From contig OZ024746.1 in assembly GCA_964016885.1 (NCBI GenBank), forward strand, positions 60,512,001-60,576,000: a DNA stretch of 64,000 nucleotides, read 5' to 3'. Shown in pieces: positions 28,053-41,006 of the stretch (positions are counted from its first letter, which is position 1; each line of letters begins with the position of its first letter). The position numbers and the translations under genes were made by a program. Below the pieces are notes generated by a model, which was not told where the DNA came from, did not search any database, and saw only the letters and a program-made list of their open reading frames with translations. The DNA is from Eledone cirrhosa (Eukaryota).

Positions 28053-31000
28053 AGAGAGAAGTCGAGAGGGAGGAGGAGGTGGAAGCAACAACTGTTAAAT
28101 ACTGTCAGACATTTGACAATGATGGCGATGGTGATAATGGTAGTTTCAGTTTTAATAATGAAAATCATTCTTTCAGATTTCCATTGAGTCGACAGTTGAT
28201 GACTATGAGAAGGGTAGATAGACACAAAAAAATAATGCCACAGGAGAGAGATGGACAGACTAATGTACACACACATAAGTGAACCAATAGTAATTAAACG
28301 TTACACACCAATACACTATATACATACACACATACATATGCAAAAATACAGCAAATTACACAGCACAATGAAGTTTCGGAGTCTAGTCCTTCATAAAAAA
28401 ATAGAAAAAATAAAAGAGTGAGCAGGGGAGAGACGAAAAAAAATTATGGGAGAAAAAGCTGGACTGTTCATTTCGCCATCTTATATGTATGTATATATAT
28501 GTGTGTGTGTGTGTATATATAGAAATATCCGTAGGTGTGAAAAAGGAAAACAGTGCTCGATCGGAAAGAGCTGATTTATTATATATTGATGATCATACAC
28601 GGAACAAATGCGCTACCTAAAGTCTCAAGGCCCAATATTGATTATATTTCCAGAATATAAGAGGGATCAAAATTGTATAAGCACCTGAAGATTAGGTCAC
28701 AATTTTGATCCCTCTTACGTTCCGGAGATGTGGTCAATATTGAGACTTGAGACCTTTGGAGGGGCTTTTGTTCCGTGTATAAACATTTATATATATATAT
28801 ATACATACATACAGAAAGAGAGATAGAGGGGCGGGGGTTAACAGAAAGGAGAGAGAGACCTGGTAGAAATAAGAGTAGAATTGCTGTTTCTGAGAAGAGG
28901 AAATATATATTAAATAAAAAAAAAACGGACAATATCAGTAGTAGCGTTTGATGCTTAACTATGTGAGAAATAAGGATATATATTGTCTATAATATGTGTG
29001 TGTGTATATATATACACCCACACATACACATATATATACGCATACACACACACAACACACACCCTGGACCCAAATAATAAGAGGTGGAATAAACGGGGAG
29101 AGTTGGAATGTCGCTAATTTTTCTAGTTTGCCTCCGTTGATAAAAAAACAAAAAAAAAAAACAGAATTAAAGAAAATTAATTGACGCAGGAATTCTACCA
29201 CTTAAAAGAAAATTTCGCCAGTGATAGATTAGGAAAATTTAATAAACGGTGGTGGTGGTGGGGGTTATTCGAGACCCGAGAGTAATAACGCACACACACA
29301 TCGATATACATAATTTTATTTCATTTTGAAGTGACCGATTCTGTGATAAAACCACCAGAAATGGTTTTCTGGTGATTTCACGACCGAAAGTAACAATAGT
29401 CCTGTAGACGTAACCCCTCTACCTAAAATTGTCTTTACCGTTCTTTAACGGCACACCATTATTGTGTGTGTGATGGACACAACTATAACACTCCCATTAA
29501 CACAAAACAAACCACATCTCCACCATGGTGAAACAAGACAATTGCTGGGTTGGATTTTTCTGCCTTCCAAACTTCCAAAGTAGATAAAATTTAGTTCTAG
29601 TCAAGTGCTATGATCAATTTAATTGACTTTCCCCTCACCCCCAAATTTACTAGCCTTGTGCCTAAATTATATTATTATTAGAATGAAATTGCTAAAAAGA
29701 AAGTAGAATAAAAGTGAGATCGTTTGACAGGGAAATCTAACAGAGAGAGAGGGAGAGAGATGCAAAGGGCAATTGAGACATGGCAATGGTGTAAATGTTT
29801 TAGACAACAGCAGGCTATATAGATAAAAGGTATAAATATTTGTAATAAAACAGGAATGTATAAGAAGGTTTGAGCCAGTGTGTATAACTATGACTATAGG
29901 CACACACGAAAGAACAACTATTCATAAATGGGGAAACATTACATATATTAATTAAACACTGAAGATAAAGCTAGGTCCAGAAACAGTCCTGCGTGTGTGA
30001 AAACAACTGTGCTCAAGTTTGATCTTTTTTTTTTATTTAGAATTTTCATATTTTCTGGCTTGAAACAAGAAGTAAAGGTTGAAAATCCCCAATAAAAGAG
30101 ATACAAATTGATCGGGTGTGTTTTCAGTATAACATGTTTCAAACTAAAGCTGTTTCCTAACACATATATACTGAAAGAGAGAGACCTATATATAGGCAGA
30201 GAATGGGACATGTTTAAGAGATACACACACACAGCTATATAAAAAAGGGGGGCTAAAAAGGACTGGATAGAACCAGAGGTAGTTGATCAACATGCTAGAA
30301 ATGACAACTAAAATCTGAAAACCACACCCTACAGTCTGAAAAGCAGGATCAAGTGTGAAAAAGGAGCAAACGATTTTAAATCTATAAAGACCTAATGAGA
30401 GATGTAGAAAAACGTATATAGAAGAAATTATCTTGATTAAAAGGTGTGTATGTATATATTAGAGAGAGAAACACATACATTTCAGTAAATGAGATTAAAA
30501 GAATGCGAGGGATTATATATGACAGTGGACGAATAAATTAAGGATGTTTATCAGATGCGATGTATAATTTAAATTGTACACGCACACACACACACTATAT
30601 ATATATATGAGGCATACAAAGAAGAAGGTACTATTTGGCATAGAGATAGGGAAGGCAACTCCATCAAAATTATATATATATTATTATTATAGCAGTAAGA
30701 GACATTGTTAACCAAGTCACAATCCTAGGTAGAAATACCATCACAGTAAAACGTACATAACATTAGCTGCTGACATTTGCCTTATAAAACAACCTCCTCT
30801 TTGTTAGGGTAAAACACACATACATGTTCCCAGCTCAAAGAGAAAGCATGGGGGACAAAAAGATATTCAAATGCCAAAGCAGGGGAAATCACAGCAAAAG
30901 GGACCCTGTTAATTGTTTAAACTAAACTACAATTATCTACCATATAGAGCAGGAGGGGATGGAGTCCGATTTATAACACATTTTATTATTTATAATCGAT

Positions 31001-32969
31001 CGTCTGCTGCATTGAACAAAAAAAGAAAGAAAATGCTATTTTCTCGCAGAAAATATTCCAGTGTTAAAGATGGGGAGGATAGAAATCAATAAGATATATA
31101 GATTGTAATGTAAACCACACACAGATTTATGTAGAAACGCTCTCACTCACACACACGAGAGGATATACGTACATATAGACGCTCAACTACACTCACGCAT
31201 ATACATACACATACATACATATAGATATAAAGAAACGCTTTCACACCGACCCACGCGCACTATGTTAGAAGAAAGAGTAGGCGGTTACAAACGGTTGACA
31301 AAGATCACACATATATATAAATATATAGACACACAAACAGACAAATGTGTTTATACATCATAGCCAGATATATGTACCTCCATCTATCTATCGCTATCTA
31401 CACTACACACCATAGCGTCCAGCGTTGTAATAATTAAAATGACAGAAGTGGAGGAAGCTGGAGGAGGAGGTGGAAGAACCTCCTTCCACCAAGCAACACT
31501 CCATAGAGTATACTAACTACAACATTATAAACTATTAACACTAAATCACTCAACATAGACACAAACTACGCAAATTATATATAATTCTATATCTATGTGT
31601 GTGTCTGTGTATATAGTGAATGTGTGAGCGAGAAAGAGAGATTGAGTGTGTGTAGCTGTAGTCTTCTCTGTGAGTCATAATAGCTATCATATACAACATG
31701 GCGGGCCATACGACTGACAAGAGTTATCTCTCTGAATTCAGTTTGGCTTCACCACATTACATATACATTTCTCACTTCCACAGCACCTATGCGATCGTAA
31801 TTATATATATAAAACATTATAGATAGATATACATATCTATTTATATATATACATATATATATATTAGGGGTGTATATGAAAAACGTACTATACGCTTATA
31901 TATATTATATATATATAGATATATATATACACACACCCACACATACATTAAATATATTATATTATATAGATATGATTTTCATTTTAATCTTGCCCCTGAA
32001 ATATCACTGATTCTGTAAAATTCTAATAAACGGAAAATCAGACAAGAATTCTTGTTCCTCTATCGACATTTTAGGTTAGATTTTCACGAATTAATCCTAC
32101 TATTACTTATATATGTTGTCACATCTCATGTGTAAATGCATCATTATCAGAAAAAAAAGCATTAACCATTTATATATTATATATTGTGATTACCGCATTT
32201 CCCCTAAATCTATACATGTGTGTGTATATATATATATATATACACATACAATTGCATCACTCTCCTCATACCAAGTGTTAAGAACTACATGACATATCAA
32301 CCCCTAAATATATATACATTTAAATATCAGATACACTATACGAATATATTTAGCCTTATATAAAAAATATTACAACTAATGGGCCATTAATATTTCAACG
32401 ACATGAAGCATGGTGCCTCAAACCCACACATAATGAATATATACATAATATATATGATCTTACACGTACATACATCTTTACAGGAAGAGAGAATTAAGAG
32501 GGTGTGATGATGTTCATTCGGGTCTTTCAATTAACCTGTTAATTATTACTATACACACACTATGTATAAATATCTATTATGTGAACATATATTTAAAACA
32601 AGACATAAAATATTTACTTAAAAATAAACTAAACCATAAAATGTGATCTGGAGTAAAAGATTGATTACATATATATATAATATCGACACAACTGCATATA
32701 CAATCTAGATGTACATATATATATAATATATTTATATATTATATATACATATATATTTTCTAAGAAAATGGTTTAGGAACCAACAATTATCTTTTATTTT
32801 CTAAAATTACGGAGTAAATATATTTTGAATTTAACAGTATTGTAATTAATCTAGTATTTACACATCTAGATCATGCCATACATACACTCTAGTCAACACA
32901 CATATTAGGACTATATATATGTATCTATATACAGTATATATATACAGTATATATATATATATATATACA

Positions 32970-33014
<45 letters not shown>

Positions 33015-33391
33015 AGTGATAAATCGTAAATGAATGACTCAGTATGCGACAGTGGAGAGAGATAGAGAAAAGGGGGTGAAGTGAAAGCTATAACGGTTAA
33101 GTACATAATATATATATATATGATGATTATATATATATATATATAATCATCATATATATAAATGAGAGGGAAAATTATCTAAAAAAAAACTATCTATATA
33201 TATATATATATATATAAAAGAAAGAAATATATGTAGACATAAAGAGAAAGAGCAAATAAGAGAGTGAAAAAGCGAATATAGCAACATTTAGAGAGGGGGG
33301 AAGCGACATTAAATCTTTCATCCATCCATTACAATCTGAAATGATCGTGATTTTTTTTTTCGTTATTCTGAGATAAAAATATCTTAAATAC

Positions 33392-33455
33392 CGTCGTATC
33401 GTTCTGCCTGTTCAGCCAGTTTGGCCTTGTATACCATTTGCTCCCTATCCGACAT
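33392..33455 (-). CDS. YWHAE: 14-3-3 epsilon, coding exon 1 (MSDREQMVYKAKLAEQAERYD + 1 nt)
   Basis: Manual translation from ATG at 33455 gives the 14-3-3 N-terminal signature AKLAEQAERYD. The exon is 64 nt and is followed by a GT donor (GTATTT). It is not in the ORF track. Confidence 0.95.
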
Positions 33456-33970
33456 TTTTGATGATTGAAAGAAGACGACGATTTAGGACTGATTAAAGAG
33501 CGAGACACAAACTGCTTCAGAAATTTCAACTATTACTGGGGAGGCCGCCGGACAAAAAAAAATAGTTCCTCCTGTCTTAACGATAGCGGCCTACAGTGTA
33601 TTCCTACGCAATTCAACTATTCTGATGTGAACTCTCGCCAATTCTCGTTAAGGCGTTAATAATCTAGGTCAGATGAAAAAATGTTGTGTCTCACTCTCTT
33701 CTTTCCTCCGTTTTTCTCTCTATATATATCTTTCTTTACTTCCCCTTCAAACGTTAGTTTCGATCGGATGTGATAGTATAGGAGATAAGAAGAAGCAAAG
33801 GAAGAGGATATAGAGACGACGTCACTACTAGAAGAATAAGTAAGGGAGGAGGAAGGGCAAGGCAACGAGGAAATGAGAGTTGGAGATAGAGGGAAAGAGT
33901 AATGGTTGATTGGAAAGACGGAGTAGGAGTCAGAAGGAAAGAGAGTCGCGGTGAGAGTAATTAACTGACG
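33456..33970 (-). promoter_or_regulatory. 5' UTR and proximal promoter region of 14-3-3 epsilon
   Basis: Locally CpG-enriched, TE-free segment upstream of the ATG, with a 7/8 CRE-like CGACGTCA at 33817-33824. The TSS is not determinable. Confidence 0.5.
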
Positions 33971-34547
33971 CAAATGTTAAAAGAAAAACAAACCTGCAAA
34001 TGTGTGAGTATATGTGTTACACATACTCGCTATGACTGCGGATTACCCATATAGAGAGTGCACTAATGTAGATAGTAAGACACACTCTTGCTACATGTAA
34101 TACATCCACACACGCTTGTGTGTAATATGTTTACAGACATATTTGTTTGTGTCTATATATATATATATATTTATGCGTAATATATATATATATATATAAT
34201 TATTATTATTATCTAGATACGTATGTACATGAGTGTGTAATATGTAAATGTAGTGCGTTATAAGGGGAGGATGAGGAAGAGTAGGAGTGACAATTAAAAG
34301 CGAAAGAGAGGTGAGTAAAAATGTAGGAGTGGTGACAGCGAAAGAGGAAACAGGAAAGAGAAGACGGAGCTTGGATAGCAGAGAATGAATAGAAAGAATG
34401 GAAGTTGAGTGTTGGAAAGACAGGAGACAATAACAGTAGAAATAATAATAATCATCATGTAGTAAATGTCAATAGAGAAAGAGGCACAGCAGCAACAAAC
34501 TAGTAGTGATATAGACGGAGTTGATAGATAGATGGGTTGTGTGTGTA

Positions 34548-34621
<74 letters not shown>

Positions 34622-34719
34622 TATATGTGGGTGTGTGTGAAAAGTATACGAAAAAAAACAGAATAGGCGATGAGGTTCAATGAAGGAATAACGTTTCGGA
34701 CGCTAGTCCTTCGTCGGAA

Positions 34720-34762
34720 TATATATATGTGTATATGTATATGTAAATATATATATATGTAA

Positions 34763-34793
<31 letters not shown>

Positions 34794-35055
34794 TGTGTAT
34801 GCATATATATATATATACATGTATATATATATGTATGTATATATACATGTATATATATACATATATATATATATACACATATAAATGCATATACATAGAT
34901 ATATATATACACATATATATGCATATATATGTGTATATATATATAAATATGTGTATATATATGCATATATATGTGTATATATATATATATGTATATATAT
35001 ATACATGTATATATACATGTATATATATATATACATACATGTATATATATTTATG

Positions 35056-35088
<33 letters not shown>

Positions 35089-35112
35089 GTGTGTGTATAT
35101 ATATATATATAT
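34720..35112. repeat. Degenerate (TA)n/(TATG)n microsatellite field
   Basis: Seen directly. It generates the spurious YIYI ORFs. Confidence 0.95.
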
Positions 35113-35114
35113 GT

Positions 35115-35497
35115 TTCGTTTCTGAATTTGTTTGGCAAGATTCTTTATCTGAAAACGTGTGTTGAAACCGATATTGTTATACTTTGGGAGGGTCATGTTG
35201 CCAATAAGAAACACACGCACCAGTTGCTTTCACTTCAATTTATTATAATAAATTTATAAATTTAGGAATTTATAAATTTCCGGTTGGTTGGTTGGTTCCA
35301 CAACCAGATGGTTGTTTATATATTGTCAAAGTTCTTTCGTCACACATTCTGTGACCTCTTCAGTGACTGGGGATTCTTTTCTTTGTTTGTGTGCTTCTCC
35401 TTTGTTCTGTCCTACGCCATCTTGTTTCTGAAACAAGATGGCGTAGGACAGAACAAAGGAGAGGCACAAAAACAAAGAAAAGAATCCCCAGTCACTG
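35115..35497 (-). mobile_element. Penelope-like terminal relic with fold-back end and minimal hammerhead-like motif
   Basis: 137-bp palindrome at 35361-35497 and a minus-strand hammerhead-like core at 35325-35367. A related sequence lies at ~46230-46320. Confidence 0.6.
35325..35367 (-). ncRNA. Putative minimal type I hammerhead ribozyme
   Basis: GUCA-CUGAAGA-G-GUCACA(GAAUG)UGUGAC-GAAAG(AA)CUU-UGAC has both core boxes, stem II, a very short stem III and a 4-bp stem I. Confidence 0.55.
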
Positions 35498-35502
35498 GGG
35501 AC

Positions 35503-35532
<30 letters not shown>

Positions 35533-35534
<2 letters not shown>

Positions 35535-38500
35535 GTGTCCAAGTTTCGGATCCATAAAGTAATATGGGCTTAATGGTTGCTTGGAATATTTCCAGTTTTA
35601 GCTTGTTGGTAAGTTGAGATGTCCATATGGCGTGCATGTCATTGCACGCTGACCATGCCATACCCTTCCTGGTTAGAAAATCTTTTGGGGAGGAGGAGAT
35701 ATATGAGCCAAGATACTTGTAATCTTCCACCTGCTTAAGGGTGGTAAAATTAAGGGTTCTGATGGAGTAGTTTGGGGTGTTTGCGCATCTGTTCACACAC
35801 TCAGTCTTGGATTCGTTGAGGTACAGTCCAACACAGTTGGACGCTTGCTCTAATGACTTCAAAAGACTCTCAGCATTTTCCAGTGACCGACTGATCAATG
35901 CGATGTCGTCAGCAAAGTCGGTGTCGGTCAAGTATTTTGCTGGGTAGCGTGAGCTTCTCCTAAGCTGTAGTTGGTATCCCCTATCCTGAATCCTATCCAC
36001 AGACATGCGCAAAACATAATCCACAACAATGATAAATAGATACGGTGCAAGGGTAACGCCCCGTAAAATTCCAGCGAGGATTGAGAAAGGTGGTGTTTCC
36101 CCATCTGGGGTCAGGACAGTTGATTTGGTATCTGTATACATTACACGTATGGCCGCGATGATTTTATCAGGAATCCCATAGAGTTGTAGAATTTCAAACA
36201 TCCACGACCTGTCAACTGAGTCGAAGGCTTTTGAAAAATCAACAAAGATGAGTGCAAGGTCTAGATTGCGGTTTTGGGACTCCTCTATAAGTCGGCGAAG
36301 GCAGAGAATCTGGCTAAGTGTTGATCTACCTCTCCTAAATCCATTCTGGTTGTTACGAAGGATTGGCTCAAGAAATGGGATTAAGCGGTTAAGAAGAAGC
36401 TTGTTGTATATTTTTGCAGCAATTGCCATGAGAGAAATTCCTCTATAGTTGGTGGCTAAAGAAAGCTCTCCTTTTTGGGGCATGGGGATAATTTGAGCTG
36501 CATGCCAGACGCTAGGTGGTTTATTGGTCTCGAAAGTATGGTTACATAAGTTGAGCAAAAGGATGTGGAAATGCTCATCCTTCCAAATCAGGGTAGGTAT
36601 ATTATCCGGCCCAAAGGCTTTTGAGCTCAGGCATGGTGAAAGGAGAGGTGTTGATTCCTAAAGGCTCTGAAACCTGAACGGATGGCAGTTGATAGTTATC
36701 AGGGAGTCTGGCCTTTTTCCCTAGAAGGTTTTTAAAATGAGCAGACCAATTTTCAAGACGTTTTTTGGCAGAGCCTCCCTTGATTCTAACTGCAGAGTTT
36801 GTGTTTTTGCCTGAAAGATCTTTGACAACCTTCCAAGGAAGATGATGGTGTTTGCTGATGTGATGTTGCGATAGCTGATCAATCCTACCTGAGATATAGT
36901 CGGCTTCAGCATTAAGATAAGCGTCGTCTAGTGATTTTTTGGCCATGATAAGTTGTATCTTTTTCCCTTGAGATGGTGATTGATGGTGAGATTGGGATAT
37001 TGACCTAAGATGGGCCCTTGCCTCAACTACCTTCTCTGAGGCACTAGGTTTCATTTGGCTTCGGCTTTTCTTTTTAGGTAGAGTGGCAAGTGCAACTTCC
37101 TCTGTTGATTGCTTAAGACAGTCATACACATCCTCAATATTATCGTCATTGATGTCAGAAGTTGAGAGAGATTGAAATCTGTTATAGACTTGAAGCGTGA
37201 AGCTATTGGATAGTTGTTTGTTGGAAGAAACGGCTTTCCAGTCTATTCTTTTCATGGGATGAGGTTCGGCCCTCTTGGATATCGTGAGGCTAAGTTTGAT
37301 TGTTGCCGAGATGACTCGATGATCTGAGCCAACAGAGCTAAAGGAGGAATAAGATCTAGAATCTTTGATTGAGTTTCTCCATTTCTTGCGAAATATCAAA
37401 TAGTCAATCTGAGCTCGTTTTTGGTTTGGGTATTCGAAGGTTCAAAGCCGGCCTCTGGTCTTCATGAAACTGTTGTTTGAGCTGAATAGACTGAATTCTT
37501 CCATGAAGTCCTTGAGATATTCCCCGTTTCGGTTAGTAACCCTATTGTATGTGAACTTTACTTCATCCGGGCCAAGTTGAGCGTTGAGGTCTCCAGTGAT
37601 AAGAAAGTTGTGTAAGGGTACTTGCTCAGCAACTGTGCGAAGGGTCGTGTAGAATTCTCTTACCTCATCCTCAGGAGAGGCGTTATGAGGACTGTATACA
37701 CATATCGCAGTGGTTCTAGGATTGCCCTCTAGTATAAGCACCAAGATTCTGGGAGAGATTGTTTCAATCCCCAGAAGATTATTGTTGGCTTTAGATGAGA
37801 GAAGGCAGCCGACTCCTCCGACGGAGGCATTGACAGGGTTCTTGGTGGCTGAAGAGGTGACAAGTTGGTAGGATCCTAGGGTGTGATACTTGAGATCATC
37901 CTTTGGGTGGAAAAAGCGGTGTTCTTGGACCGCAAGGATGCCAATGTTCTGAAGTTTGGCATTCTCTGCCAGCTCCTGGAGTCTACCTGTTGGAAGGAGG
38001 GTTCTGGTGTTCAAGGAGCTAACTATTATTTGCTTTTTACAGCTAACTAAGCGAGATTTGCTTGTTGTTTGGTTAGGACCTGTTTCTTCTCCAACAGATG
38101 AACCCCATCCCTTGAGATTTGAGGATTCATCATCACTCGATGCCTTTGTAGGTGCATTATGATCAGAAACAGGACCTGGGAAAGCAGGGGCTGGACCTAT
38201 ATCAACCATATAGTGTGGTTCCCTGAGGAACAGGAACCCTGGTGCAGTTAGTTGTGAAATCCATCATCTTTTCAAATAGCTAATAATGTGTGTGGGCGCC
38301 ACTACTACACACATGTGAAAGAATTTGACAGCCAAGTCTTGAAGAAGGTGCTTTCTCCTCCGTGTGGTGGGTTACCCGGCGCCAGATACCAACCTGGTAT
38401 TTATACCCTCGCCCTAATTGTTCGTGTTGCAAGCACTAGAGTAGTCGTAACCAAAGCTACGGACCCACTCTATCCGTCTGGAGATACGTTGTACTAGCTT

Positions 38501-38780
38501 ACCAGCATACTAGTAGCAGGAAGTTGACTTTTCCGGCACTGCAGCGCCTTTCGGCGGGCCGTGCTGGTTTTGGATGGCCATTGACTCCAAGAGCTCTTAA
38601 GAGCTCCCAGGAGTTCCTTTGCCCTTTGACAGGTTTTATTGTTAGTCCTGCAGGATGTCCAAAGTCACCCTCCTCACCAAGAAACCTTGGTGGGGTTGCC
38701 AGTTTAGTCGCCAACGACCCGACCATGAGACAGGTTGTACTGGGATACATGTTACCAGTAGCACCAACTGGTGACCAACC
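35533..38780 (-). mobile_element. RTE-group LINE (clade unresolved: RTE/RTEX/Proto2-like), inverted 5' portion with 5' UTR, APE endonuclease and RT
   Basis: APE motifs SLNTRTL, AVQEHR, GDLNA, IDY and SDH. RT motifs NYRGISL, FVDFSKAFDSV, FADD, YKYLG and LLYGSETWTL. One in-frame stop at 37442, one frameshifting deletion near 36625, and the QGD motif is mutated to RGV. Confidence 0.92.
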
Positions 38781-39155
38781 GCAACTTGAGAGGAGATTGG
38801 ATGGCACATATACCTGCCTCTTAATGAGAGTGCAAAACCTATCCTGGAAACGACATCCCACCTTGTCTAAAATCTATGGCAAACTCCCTCGAGCCTCTGC
38901 ACTTCTAAAATCCCAGAGAGCTCAATTTGCTGGCCACTGTCACCGTGCCAGCAATGAAATCATATCCGCTCTCTTGTTCTGGAACCCTGACTCCAGCCTG
39001 ACTAGGAGTAGGAAGCTGTCATTCCCTGACGTTATCTCTAGGGATACGGGAATCAGCAGACAGGACCTGGGGGCAGCGATGGGGGACAGGGGATTCTGGG
39101 GCATGAGAGTGAGATCCATCATCTCGACAGTAGTCGACGAATGATGATGATGTGA
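38781..39155 (+). mobile_element. 3' end of the same LINE in the opposite orientation (QLERRLDG...FAGHC...STVVDE*, TGA-repeat tail)
   Basis: The peptide is the expected continuation after ETWTL, and it ends in a (TGA)n tail followed by (TA)n. Confidence 0.88.
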
Positions 39156-39231
39156 TATATATATATATGTGTGTATATATGTATATATATATATGTTATG
39201 GTCCACCTGGTTCCTTACCACATTTCCTTCG

Positions 39232-39388
<157 letters not shown>

Positions 39389-39749
39389 CTTAAATGTAAG
39401 TATGTATGTATACGTACATACATATATGAATGCAGACGTACAGTAGTATGTATATATATATATATATACATACATGCACACATATATATATATATATGTA
39501 CGTATCGGTTTACCGAACATTTATTATAATGCTCGGTTGGTTTGTTTGTTTGTAAACAAACAAACAGCCCGAATTACGCCGTACAGTGTTTAGGCAACCA
39601 CGTCATCTTTTTGTTCAACACTGAGACAGGAACGATGTACTAGTTTCAAGCTTATTAGCTATCGTCAGCATCGTATACCCTCCTGCATACCTATACATAT
39701 ATATATATATGTATATATATATATATGTATATATATATACATATATGCC

Positions 39750-39872
39750 TGTGCTTGAAGATATTTTTTAAAGTGATGAATATACATACACATGCACCCA
39801 TGAGGAGGGTGTTTTTGGACACCCTGCAGGACAAAAAAATTTTTCATTCCTATATATATATATATATATATT

Positions 39873-39963
<91 letters not shown>

Positions 39964-40173
39964 GAGGTAAATATCTCACTGAGTACTAAGTACCCATAGA
40001 GATATATAGGGTGTCTATAATATAATTGTTCTATGGTACTAATTCGAGATACCAGAACTCTAATCTTTTGTAAATGGAAACCGCCGGTAATAGCATTATG
40101 AACAGGTAGATATTTAAATCATTTTTTAAATTTATTTAAGGGATTGTTTAATGTTTGTTTGTTCTGCTCATCA

Positions 40174-40210
<37 letters not shown>

Positions 40211-40430
40211 AATATATATATATAAAAAAATATATATATATAGGAATGAAAATTTTTTTTGTCCTGCAGGGTGTCCAAAAGCACCCCCCTCACCAAGTTA
40301 ACTTAGTGGGGTTGCCGATTTAGTCGCCGACGACCCAACCATGCGGCATGTTGTACTGGGTTACATATGACCAGTAGCACTCATGGGTGCATGTGTATGT
40401 ATATTCACTTTAAAAAATATCTTCAAGCAT
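39750..40430. repeat. Local inverted duplication containing a LINE 5' UTR-like element
   Basis: 39750-39860 is the reverse complement of 40235-40430, with an internal deletion. Confidence 0.8.
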
Positions 40431-40456
40431 ATATATTTATATATATATATATGTGT

Positions 40457-40750
40457 CATCATTTTCATCATTTTACGTCCGCTTTCCCCTGCTTGCAAGA
40501 ACTGATTCTAGCTTGATTTCTACAGCTGGATGCCCTTCCTAACACCAACCTCATTTACAGTGAGTGCTGGGTGCTTTTTTGCCGTGGCATCTCCACGACC
40601 ACTTTGCAGTGGATGATAGTCCATATCATCTCAATTCTACAGCTGACTAAACTAGAGCAATGTGAAATAAAGTGTCTTTCTCAGGTCTGAGAATTGAACT
40701 CATAACCTTTCGATTGCAAGGCCAATGCTCTAACCACTAAGCCATGTGCC
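40457..40750 (-). mobile_element. CORE-like SINE, family 2
   Basis: Matches 18548-18886 with small deletions. Confidence 0.85.
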
Positions 40751-41006
40751 TCCACATATATATGTATACATATATATATGTGTATATATATGTATTTATA
40801 GATACGCCATAAATAATAATTTATATGTATTTATATATATATTTATATGTATTTATATGTATTTATATATATATATGTGTATATATACATATATATGTAT
40901 ATATATATATATATACGTATATATATATACGTATATATATACGTATATATATATGAATATGTATATATATATATGTGTGTATATATATATATATACATAT
41001 ATATAT

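Noticed and set aside
34294-35259. Long [12 protein letters not shown] ORFs here and elsewhere
   Set aside because: They are translations of TA, CA and GA microsatellites.
35326-35532. C-terminal extension of the 410-aa RT ORF
   Set aside because: It is read-through across a TA tract and the palindrome and is not part of the element.
38499-39144. 206-aa plus and 120-aa minus ORFs as independent genes
   Set aside because: Both span the LINE inversion junction. Only the part from 38781 on the plus strand is real LINE C-terminal coding sequence.
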